Assembly: GCA_050298595.1 (NCBI GenBank)
Contig: JBNKUM010000088.1
Span: 1 to 12,443, forward strand
Direction of reading: 5' to 3'
DNA length: 12,443 nucleotides
Source: Gammaproteobacteria bacterium
GTDB lineage: Bacteria > Pseudomonadota > Gammaproteobacteria > GCA-001735895
A program made the position numbers and the translations under genes. The notes below the pieces were generated by a model. That model was not told where the DNA came from and ran no database searches. It saw nothing but the letters and a program-made list of their open reading frames with translations. Below are positions 1 to 7,237 of the stretch, piece by piece (the first letter of the stretch is position 1; each line of letters starts with the position of its first letter).

Positions 1-75
1 TTTCAAGAAGCTGAACCCTTGATTTCTAGATTCTCGCTTAGGAATGTCAATAAACCGCGATCTGTCCCCTATTAT

Positions 76-144
76 TGCTATTTCAGCTCAGATATCAGAG
101 GCGGCTCCGGTGACCATATACGTTTTTCCAGATCGTTCTAACAT
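76..144 (-). pseudogene. N-terminal remnant of a short-chain dehydrogenase/reductase (SDR)
   Basis: Not in the ORF track. RBS GAGGA lies upstream of an ATG at 144. Manual translation gives MLERSGKTYMVTGAASDI*AEIA, a decayed version of the SDR Rossmann motif GKTxxVTGAASGIGAEIA, with an in-frame TGA at 88-90. Similarity stops at about 76, next to the TCTGTCCCC motif at 61-69. Confidence 0.65.
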
Positions 145-220
145 GGTAATCCTCACTTAAAATGGGTAATGTTGGTTTGGATCTTCGATGGTCACCCAAC
201 GAATGGATGTAAATGAATCA

Positions 221-348
221 ATTGCCGGTTTACCACCGAAGTAGACATTCTTATGAAATTTCGTTTGGGTCAGAAATCGGCCAGGAGCGGTCGTTCAGTG
301 AATCCAAATTCAAAGACCTGGCCTCGATCTTCCGTGACCCCGCTCTTC
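221..348. repeat. Composite intergenic element: paired degenerate hairpin arms followed by a REP-like motif
   Basis: AAGTAGACATTCT 239-251 matches 9241-9253 at 12/13. AGCGGTCGTTCAG 286-298 is identical to 3424-3436. An imperfect 16-bp tandem (317-332/333-348, 12/16) contains CGTGACCCC. Confidence 0.5.
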
Positions 349-779
349 AGTAAAACGTGTGTTTGTGTATGAAATACATGGCTATTAGATTGGTTCGGAT
401 TCAATCAGAAGTTTCATAACGATATTCAATATGGTGGGCTGATGGCATTGAAAAACACCTCGTTTTTTGATCTGGGATAAGCAAGGTGAATGTTTTGTCT
501 TGTATGGCTGGGTTGGCGCGTTTATTCTATTGTGACTTGATAAATGCACGAGAAAGCGATTACCGAACCATTACTGCAGATGCCTTCGGATAAAGCTGGA
601 GCAGTCAGCGATTTCATCAGGCCGGGCAACCTGTAATTTACCGCAAAAGTCGTCCAGCGTTACACCACAGGCTACCCGTTTCATCGGTTAAGGCTGGAAA
701 ACACCAACCCAAGTTTTACCGATAGCATTACTCGCGAGTACGAAAGTACGAAGTTATGTTGAATGAGGGGGGTACGACG

Positions 780-801
780 GCAGTGGATGCACTGCAGGAG
801 G
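780..801 (+). promoter_or_regulatory. Hairpin plus Shine-Dalgarno of the 806 gene
   Basis: GCAGTG-GATG-CACTGC stem-loop at 780-795, directly followed by AGGAGG at 796-801 and ATGATG at 806. Confidence 0.5.
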
Positions 802-805
802 AAAA

Positions 806-2221
806 ATGATGGGTTCCTCAAAAGCTCTTCATAAGCCGCTACTGGCGGTGGTGTTGGTTAGCGCGCTTTTGATTGGTGGATGTGCAAGCATAGAAAGCGA
901 CTCGATAAGTGATCGCAGTGAGGCATTTGCAAAAATCACAGACCAAAAAGAACTTGAAGATATTGCGCTGCATGGGAAATTTAACGATATGCGATATGCT
1001 GCGGTGTCGAAAATCGATAATCAGCAAGTGATTGAAAAAGTTGCCAGATCGGACTGGAACTCCGCTGTTCGAGGGGCGGCGGTAACCCGCTTGATGAACC
1101 AGAACGCTTTGTCGGAGATTGCGGTTAACGATTCTGATAAGAGCGTCCGTGCACTTGCGGTGGACCATGTTACCTCACCAGAGGTGCTTGCACGCATTTA
1201 CTTAATTGAAACTAATGATGCTGTTCGCGACGTCGCATTACGCAACCTGCATCGCTTCTCCCCAGGCAAGGAAAACTGGGCACAAGACCACCTGGCTGTG
1301 TTTTATTTGAAAGATCCTGAGTTGATCGAAAAAATGGCGAGAAGCGCACCGACGTCGGTAGCCAGAATACTGGCGGTCAGCAAGATACCAAACCCTGCTC
1401 AAAGATCAGCAATTATTGTCAGCGAAAAGAGCCCGTCGACGCGTATTGCTATGTTGAATCAGAGCGAAGATCCGCAACTGGTGAAAAAGCTGGCGTTACA
1501 AGATCCCGATGATGACGTGAGGATGGAAGCCGTCCTTGGATTGAAAGAACAGGATGCGCTAGCCCAGGTAGCGCTGAAAGAAGGGCTAGATAACATACGC
1601 TTGGCTGCGGTGGAAAAAGTCACCGATCAGAAACTGCTTTCCAGGATTGCAATGGAAGACAAAAACAGCGACATCCGGGAAACCGCAGTTTCACACCTGA
1701 CCGACAAAAATGAACAAAGATATATCCGTATGAAACTAGCCAGATCCGAGGACAGTATCGCCGCATACGAGAGGTTCATACAAACCTATCCGTCGAGTAA
1801 AGAAGCATCGGCAATGCGCAAAGAACTGGCTGTACTCAAATCTAGGCGGCTGGGAGAGCTGGTATTGTTGATGACCCCGAAACCGGTTCTGAGTTTTTCT
1901 GCCGATCCATTCGTGACAGGATTTGGCACCAAAAGTCATCCTGCGCCGATGACGTTTGGAGGGATGAGCATGGAGCGCCCAACTTCATACAAGCAATACC
2001 TGGAAGAGTTCAAAACCCTGTTAAAGCAGGGGGCTGATCCCAGGGCTTTTCGAATATCTGGATATACACCCGCCAGTCAACCGCTGTCATCGGGTGTTGT
2101 CATGATATCCATGGGCGGTAGTCCAGCAAAAGTAGTGCCTGCAGGCAAAGGTGGTATGACGCTTTATGCGTATTGCAAGGAAAATAAAATCACCGAGGTT
2201 GTTGAATTGCTGGCAAAATAA
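806..2221 (+). CDS. Lipoprotein with about 9 tandem 26-aa HEAT/LRV-like helical repeats and an unknown C-terminal domain
   Basis: 471-aa ORF with a strong RBS. Hydrophobic signal ends in the lipobox LIGG-C. Repeats have the consensus D/NQxxLxxIAxxDxxxxVRxxAVxxL/I and are followed by the helical segment DSIAAYERFIQTYPSSKEA. Confidence 0.85.
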   Translation: MMGSSKALHKPLLAVVLVSALLIGGCASIESDSISDRSEAFAKITDQKELEDIALHGKFNDMRYAAVSKIDNQQVIEKVARSDWNSAVRGAAVTRLMNQNALSEIAVNDSDKSVRALAVDHVTSPEVLARIYLIETNDAVRDVALRNLHRFSPGKENWAQDHLAVFYLKDPELIEKMARSAPTSVARILAVSKIPNPAQRSAIIVSEKSPSTRIAMLNQSEDPQLVKKLALQDPDDDVRMEAVLGLKEQDALAQVALKEGLDNIRLAAVEKVTDQKLLSRIAMEDKNSDIRETAVSHLTDKNEQRYIRMKLARSEDSIAAYERFIQTYPSSKEASAMRKELAVLKSRRLGELVLLMTPKPVLSFSADPFVTGFGTKSHPAPMTFGGMSMERPTSYKQYLEEFKTLLKQGADPRAFRISGYTPASQPLSSGVVMISMGGSPAKVVPAGKGGMTLYAYCKENKITEVVELLAK

Positions 2222-2337
2222 TCTGCTGCCAGGTAGTTGAAGGTGTACGTAATGAGGACAGAGTGGAAAAATAGCCCCTCTGTCCGAATAAAAGATCGTT
2301 GGGGCAGACTCGATTGATCATTCTTTTCCACATTTCG

Positions 2338-2439
2338 GTACACATTTCGGGGTCAGATCACAATTTACTCTAATATTAGAACATTCTGTACACATTTCGG
2401 GGTCAGATCACAATTTACTCTAATATTAGAACATTCTGT
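2338..2439. repeat. Exact 50-bp tandem duplication
   Basis: 2338-2389 is identical to 2388-2439 (period 50). A further CACATTTCGG copy lies at 2329-2338. Confidence 0.95.
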
Positions 2440-2452
2440 GATCTGACCCCGA
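2397..2452. repeat. REP-like palindrome (16-bp perfect inverted repeat)
   Basis: TCGGGGTCAGATCACA (2397-2412) and TGTGATCTGACCCCGA (2437-2452) enclose a 24-nt spacer containing the palindrome TCTAATATTAGA (2419-2430). Confidence 0.85.
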
Positions 2453-2457
2453 TTTTC

Positions 2458-3231
2458 CCAGATAATCAAATTTCTACCACAGACCATGATTCTCGGCTCC
2501 TGGTGACACAAGGTCAGACAAGAGCCGTTTGCTACAATGTACAAAGTGCAGTTGATACAAAACACCATCTGATTGTCACTCATGAAGTGACCAATACCGT
2601 TGACCGAAATCAGCTATGCCGAATCGCAAAAAAGGCACAGGACGCTGTGGGTAAAAAGGAAATCACAGTGATCGCCGATAAAGGTTACTACAGCGGTACA
2701 GACATAAAAGATACTCAGAATGCGGGTATGACACCATTGGTGCCGAAAGGTGATACATCAGGCAGTGATAAAAAAGGGATATTTAACCGTTCCCGGTTTG
2801 AATACGATGCAGGCCGAGATAGGTATATATGCCCTGCCAAACAAGAACTGCCCTATCGACAAACAACTACCGAAAGAGGATTAATGATAAAACGATATTG
2901 GGCCTATGATCCCACTTGTCGGGCATGCTCTATGAAGTCTCAATGTTCAAACAGTAAGCAGCCTCGAAGGATCACTCGCTGGATACACCAGAAACGGTTA
3001 GAGAAAATGGAACAGCAGTTATCTTCTATGCCGGAAAGTGCACTCATCAGAAAGCAGACGGTTGAACACCCATTCGGGAGGATTAAATGCTGGATGGGGT
3101 CCACTCATTTTCTGACGAGACAGTTTAAAAACGTCCGTACAGAAATGAGTTTGCATGTTCTGGCTTATAACCTGAAACGAATGATCTCGATCCTTGGGTC
3201 TGAGAAATTGCTCGTGGCCATGACGGCATAA
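2458..3231 (+). pseudogene. IS1182-family DDE transposase, 5'-truncated (C-terminal half)
   Basis: In-frame similarity starts upstream of the annotated GTG (PDNQISTTDHDSR...CYNVQ). Motifs IADKGYY, RDRYICPA, CRACSMKSQC and RKQTVEHPFGRIK...EMSLHVLAYNLKRM are typical of IS1182. The N-terminal half is absent. Confidence 0.88.
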
Positions 3232-3416
3232 GGCTCATTGCCTTGTTCTTGTCTAATATCCAATTAAAACCCTAAATTTAACGTTATCTAAGAGATTAAT
3301 TTTTTCTGAGCAAAGGTTAATAATTGAAAATAAAAGTGCCTTAGCGTGGACTATGCTTAGCCTCACAATCACTTGACTGGATAAAATTACAAATACGCTA
3401 GTTTTCACACAGCCTG
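2458..3416 (+). mobile_element. Partial IS1182-family element with right terminal inverted repeat
   Basis: Transposase fragment followed by AGTTTTCACACAGCCTG (3400-3416), which resembles IS1182 right ends as I recall them. No left IR was found in the window. Confidence 0.7.
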
Positions 3417-3420
3417 TTAA

Positions 3421-3530
3421 AGAAGCGGTCGTTCAGGCAAACGAGATCAAGTCACAGTGAACGCTCCTTTTCGACCCGAAGCGGACAACCAGTGGTTCTG
3501 GTTAAAATTTAATCCCTCCGTCCCCTTTAC
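3421..3530. repeat. Composite intergenic element: paired degenerate hairpin arms followed by a REP-like motif
   Basis: AGCGGTCGTTCAG 3424-3436, TGAACG...CCCGAAGCGGACA 3458-3487 and TCCGTCCCC 3517-3525. Confidence 0.5.
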
Positions 3531-3802
3531 GCAAGTTTGGTGACTTTCTCAGGGACCTGTCAAACTTGCTCGATACACATTCCGAGATCCTCACCTTAAT
3601 ATAAGGAGATTTGGTGATGGATCCAACCTGTAACATCGAAAGTTGGCGGATTAAAAATTTCTATTCAGGTGTATCCACCATAAAAATAAGAGTGTATGTA
3701 GAATGAGAAAATAATGATAGCCTTTCATATATCGTAAAGAAAAAGAAAGGTAGGCTCTCTAAGATGTATTCAGAGGCCAACGGCCTTTGCATTCTAATAT
3801 AA

Positions 3803-4108
3803 ATGCCAAAGGAATTTATGAGCTACGATCATCCTATTGAAATACACCAAAATGATGTCCGTGTTGACTCTGTGCTTGGAGCGGACAGAAGTTATTTCAT
3901 GATGCAAAAAGGGTTAACCGAAGAGGTTGGTTCTGAAGATAGTATATATTTCGGATTTGATGACCAAATAAATGGTGACCACAATACAGTTACGGAATGC
4001 ATAGTCACAACTGATGGTATTCATGTAGCCCATTCAAATAAAAAAAAGGCCTCGCGGCACTATTCGTGCCAATCCCGTTACCGCAGGTTCCACTCGCCAT
4101 TTAGGTGA
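3803..4108 (+). pseudogene. Acidic protein fragment resembling Imm10-type polymorphic-toxin immunity proteins; C-terminus probably lost
   Basis: The segment SYFMMQK...EDSIYFGFDDQING...VTECIVTTDGIHV resembles my recollection of Imm10. After the A-run at about 4040-4047 the ORF reads through a GC-rich hairpin with unprotein-like sequence. Confidence 0.4.
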
Positions 4109-4114
4109 ACGTCT

Positions 4115-4819
4115 ATGAAAAACCAAACAATTCATAAACAGGTTAATCTAAAAATCAGAAAATTTCGTTTTATAGTTTTGATTATAACTTCTACGATATT
4201 AATCGCTTGTGCCTCCCTCCCTGAACAATTAAAAGAGGATGGATCTGTTCTACTGAAAGAATGCGATGAGATTAACTCTCTAGAAAACGCCAATTATGGA
4301 GCTATTTATCTATCAGTATCGACAGATGCAATGGTAGATTCATGGTATCTTCCAATGAAAAAGAAAGGTAATGAAAGAGAAACTTTCTTTATCAAGCTTC
4401 CAGGCATTAAAATTGGAATCCCGGAACGAGAAAAAGGAGAATGGTATCGATTTGCAGCCAGATACATATGTTATTTAGCTCCGGCAGGCGAATATACAGT
4501 CTCCCAAATCAAAGGTCTTCAAAGGAATCATGATGGTAGTAGTATTTTATTGAGCTATCAACATTCTCAAAATTTCAGTATTAAACCAAATATTTACTCC
4601 TATTTAGGAAGACTTTTAATTGATGATACTGACATGAAGGATAAAGGGTATTTTGATAGAGCGGGAGTTATATTTAAGAAATTTTTTTCTTCCAAGCCTA
4701 TGCTACCAGAGAATATCGAAATTAGAATATTAAATGAGTATAATGAAGACACAAACTGGTTAAAAAGCACAAATCCCAATATATATTTCGAGACTATAAA
4801 TTTTGTAGATACGATTTGA
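4115..4819 (+). CDS. Hypothetical lipoprotein (AT-rich)
   Basis: 234-aa ORF with a basic N-region, a hydrophobic stretch and the lipobox LIA-C. Markedly more AT-rich than the TPR gene. Confidence 0.8.
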   Translation: MKNQTIHKQVNLKIRKFRFIVLIITSTILIACASLPEQLKEDGSVLLKECDEINSLENANYGAIYLSVSTDAMVDSWYLPMKKKGNERETFFIKLPGIKIGIPEREKGEWYRFAARYICYLAPAGEYTVSQIKGLQRNHDGSSILLSYQHSQNFSIKPNIYSYLGRLLIDDTDMKDKGYFDRAGVIFKKFFSSKPMLPENIEIRILNEYNEDTNWLKSTNPNIYFETINFVDTI

Positions 4820-5056
4820 AAATTAGCTCAGTATAAACATAAACCCCATGAACAAAACCCGCTTTATAGGTAACCAGTTAAAGGGGGCAGAGGCAAATGT
4901 GAATTACTCGCAATCACTCTATCTCCCAACCAATCCAGTTTTTCGCCTTCCCCAAAAAAATAACTGAGTTAGGTCATATAAAAATGCCCTACCAGTAACC
5001 GCTGCTCCTGGCACCTACTTGCCTATTGCACCGCACAAACGAATGTCTGCTCTCAG

Positions 5057-5109
5057 ACTAAATCAGTACTACTTTCTGAAACTGCCAGATGTCATCCGAA
5101 CTTATGCAG
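5057..5109 (+). repeat. 53-bp dispersed direct repeat, copy 1
   Basis: ACTAAATCAGTACTACTTTCTGAAACTGCCAGATGTCATCCGAACTTATGCAG, 50/53 identical to 9483-9535. Confidence 0.95.
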
Positions 5110-5263
5110 ATAAGCTAGTGTTTGTTTGTCAATATGGTAGTACTCTTTCCCTATCACCCTTCCTTGGTGTAGTGATAGACTGTTAGCCACAGACAATAAA
5201 ACACACTGCCATTACACGTACTCATCCCTAAGAACGCACCAAAACCTTAAACCCTCGATAAAG

Positions 5264-5280
5264 TGTTGCAGGGTGCAACA
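5264..5280 (-). terminator. Possible weak terminator hairpin downstream of the TPR gene
   Basis: TGTTGCA-GGG-TGCAACA perfect 7-bp stem about 40 nt after the stop. Only a short U-tract (CTTTAT) follows on the minus strand. Confidence 0.3.
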
Positions 5281-5319
5281 GTCTATTTCCGGGTTGCTGT
5301 GCTGAATATTTTTTAAACA

Positions 5320-6732
5320 TCAGCGTTTTTTTCGTTTGGCAATCAAACTTCGAATTTCCGATATGCGTTGTTTGAAGTATTCCGCATATTGGCTGTAGCC
5401 ACTTTTCAAATAGAGATCTCTAGAGGCGGTTATGGCCGCCACCGCCGCCTCCAGTTTGTCTGTACCGGATTCCCGTTTGCCGAGGGTGCCCAGCGCATTC
5501 CCAAGGTTGTTCTGAGTCATCGCCCATTGCAGCGGCACCCGCTCGCGAGCCCTCTCCTTCAGCGCCTCTCGAAAGGCCACCACCGCCGCCTCCAGTTTGT
5601 CTGTACTGAATTCACGCTCGCCGAGGATACCCAGCGCATTCCCCAGATTGTTTTGGGTCACCGCCCATCGCAGCGGTACCCGCTCGCGCGTCCACTCCTT
5701 CAGCGCCTCTCGATAGGCCGCCACCGCCGCCTCCAGTTGGTCTGTACCGGATTCTCGCGCGCCGAGGGTCTGCAGCGCATTCCCCAGATTGTTTTGGGCT
5801 ATCGCCCATTGCAGCGGTACCCGCTCGCGCGTCCACTCCTTCAGCGCCTCTCGATGGGCCGCCACCGCCGCCTCCAGTTTGTCTGTACCGGATTCTCGCG
5901 CGCCGAGGATACCTAGCGCATTCCCCAGATTGTTTTGGGTGGAAGCCCTGCTTTCTGAGTCTGTCTTAGAATCAAGGCCTGCCAATTGCACACGATAAAG
6001 TTGAATCAGCTCGACTAAAGCGGCATTGTCCCCTTTTTCATCACCTTGCTTGTACAAGGCCGAGGCCTGGCGATTGAGGTAGCTATCTCGAACCCCCTCA
6101 TGGCCTGGTGGCACCCTGGCAACTGCCTTTGCAAATCGGTGGGCGGCATCAAGATAGCGTAACCGGGTCATGGCAATCTCGCCTCGCTGGGCTATCGTGG
6201 TCGCCACAGCAAGAGCTTGCTGATCCGCTCTCGATTCCTGTAACGCCTCTACCGCCGCCAACAGCGCATCGGCCTTAGCCAGGTCGGGTTCATCCAGAGC
6301 CAGTCGGGCCTGCTTTTTGAGATCGGCAATCTGAGTATCTTCACCGGGTATCTCTTTCAGATCATTCTTGAGTCGCTGGTAGTCCTGTGCAATTTCAAGA
6401 AGTTTAGTTCCGATTCTTTCAGGAGGTACATCTGCCTCGCCGATGATTTGTAGAAAGGCCTGTAGCTGCGCCTCGTTGACGCCCAGTTGATGCTGCAGTC
6501 TGGCTATTAGTCTCTTCTGCTCTTCTGTCTGCTGCTGCAGGGGACGGGTAGCGGCAGTGATGATGGCGGGTAACTGATCGCCAGGTATGCCCTCAATATG
6601 GATCTCACTATCGCGGATATCACCACGGGCATAAACGCCGTGTTTGACCGTGGTCTGGGGTTCTGCGATCAGAAGGGATGGAATCAGCGCCGATACAAAG
6701 AGAATAATGCGGAGTCGTTTCGACTGGTTCAT
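5320..6732 (-). CDS. Exported protein: signal peptide, beta-motif, coiled-coil region, TPR repeats
   Basis: Preferred start is the ATG at 6732 (AAGGA at 6740-6744) rather than the GTG at 6762. Signal-like MNQSKRLRIILFVSALIPSLLIA is followed by VKHGVYARGDIRDSEIHIE, a Q/E/L-rich helical region and four QNNLGNAL...LEAAVAA TPR units. Confidence 0.9.
   Translation of the reverse strand: MNQSKRLRIILFVSALIPSLLIAEPQTTVKHGVYARGDIRDSEIHIEGIPGDQLPAIITAATRPLQQQTEEQKRLIARLQHQLGVNEAQLQAFLQIIGEADVPPERIGTKLLEIAQDYQRLKNDLKEIPGEDTQIADLKKQARLALDEPDLAKADALLAAVEALQESRADQQALAVATTIAQRGEIAMTRLRYLDAAHRFAKAVARVPPGHEGVRDSYLNRQASALYKQGDEKGDNAALVELIQLYRVQLAGLDSKTDSESRASTQNNLGNALGILGARESGTDKLEAAVAAHREALKEWTRERVPLQWAIAQNNLGNALQTLGARESGTDQLEAAVAAYREALKEWTRERVPLRWAVTQNNLGNALGILGEREFSTDKLEAAVVAFREALKERARERVPLQWAMTQNNLGNALGTLGKRESGTDKLEAAVAAITASRDLYLKSGYSQYAEYFKQRISEIRSLIAKRKKR
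5434..5940 (-). repeat. Intragenic 141-bp (47-aa) tandem TPR repeats, about 3.6 copies
   Basis: Equivalent positions at 5500, 5641, 5782 and 5923 (spacing 141). The copies are nearly identical at DNA level. Confidence 0.95.
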
Positions 6733-6761
6733 ATGCACGTCCTTTGTCGTCATTGGCGGCA

Positions 6762-7172
6762 CTATTCCGTTTTTGAATGAGTGATTTCTATTTGACTATC
6801 TTTGATATCGCCACCCGATGTAACACCTCCCTCCACATGAATACCATCGGTTGATGATGTACCAGTAGTCGAAGCAGACGTCTCAATTGTGATCTTACTG
6901 CCTGTGATTGAACCACCCGCGCCTACTCCATGATTAACACTGAGATTGGGATCATCTTTACTGATCGTCACCGTATAAACACCAATGCCCGCTAACGCGG
7001 AGCTCCAGACAAGTACAGAAATAAGTGTTATCAATCGTGAAGCTTTGGCTGGGGGTAATTTCTTAAATGCCGATTGACGAATGAGATCACGAAAAAAAAG
7101 AAGTAAAATACCTAGTGCAATCCCCCCTATGCCGCCTATCTCACCAACAGTCTTTAGAAGTTCGGTATCCAT
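6762..7172 (-). CDS. Two-TM membrane protein (136 aa) with two C-terminal 19-aa beta-motif repeats
   Basis: Preferred ATG at 7172 (AAGGAG at 7179-7184). TM1 is IGGIGGIALGILLLFF, then a basic loop RDLIRQSAFKKLPPAKASR, then TM2 LITLISVLVWSSALAGIGVYTVTI. The tail has VNHGVGAGGSITGSKITIE, an S/T linker and VEGGVTSGGDIKDSQIEIT. Confidence 0.85.
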   Translation of the reverse strand: MDTELLKTVGEIGGIGGIALGILLLFFRDLIRQSAFKKLPPAKASRLITLISVLVWSSALAGIGVYTVTISKDDPNLSVNHGVGAGGSITGSKITIETSASTTGTSSTDGIHVEGGVTSGGDIKDSQIEITHSKTE

Positions 7173-7237
7173 AGCTGTCTCCTTGTATCGAATTATTAAA
7201 ACCATCGCTTATGTGCGCAATGCTTCTTACCTTCAAG

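Noticed and set aside
2338-2439. Possible mini CRISPR array
   Set aside because: The units are fully identical with no unique spacers, there are only two copies, and no cas genes are present.
839-2583. Minus-strand ORFs 839..1168, 1736..1939 and 2365..2583
   Set aside because: Antisense to the lipoprotein or transposase, or running through the repeat region.
3531-3706. 9-bp inverted repeat (3531-3539/3561-3569) and a short ORF after AAGGAG (MDPTCNIESW...)
   Set aside because: Possibly gene debris, but too short to assign any product or function.
5008-5024. Sigma-54-like TGGCAC...TTGC
   Set aside because: The GG-to-GC spacing is 9 nt rather than the required 10, and there is no downstream plus-strand gene.
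5148-5179. tetO-like half sites CTATCAC / GTGATAG
   Set aside because: The arms are 14 nt apart, unlike tetO, and no TetR gene is present. A 7-bp inverted repeat can arise by chance.
5368-5998. ORFs 5368..5916 (+), 5612..5836 (-) and 5789..5998 (+)
   Set aside because: Shadow frames of the GC-rich TPR repeats; their periodicity simply mirrors the 141-bp unit.
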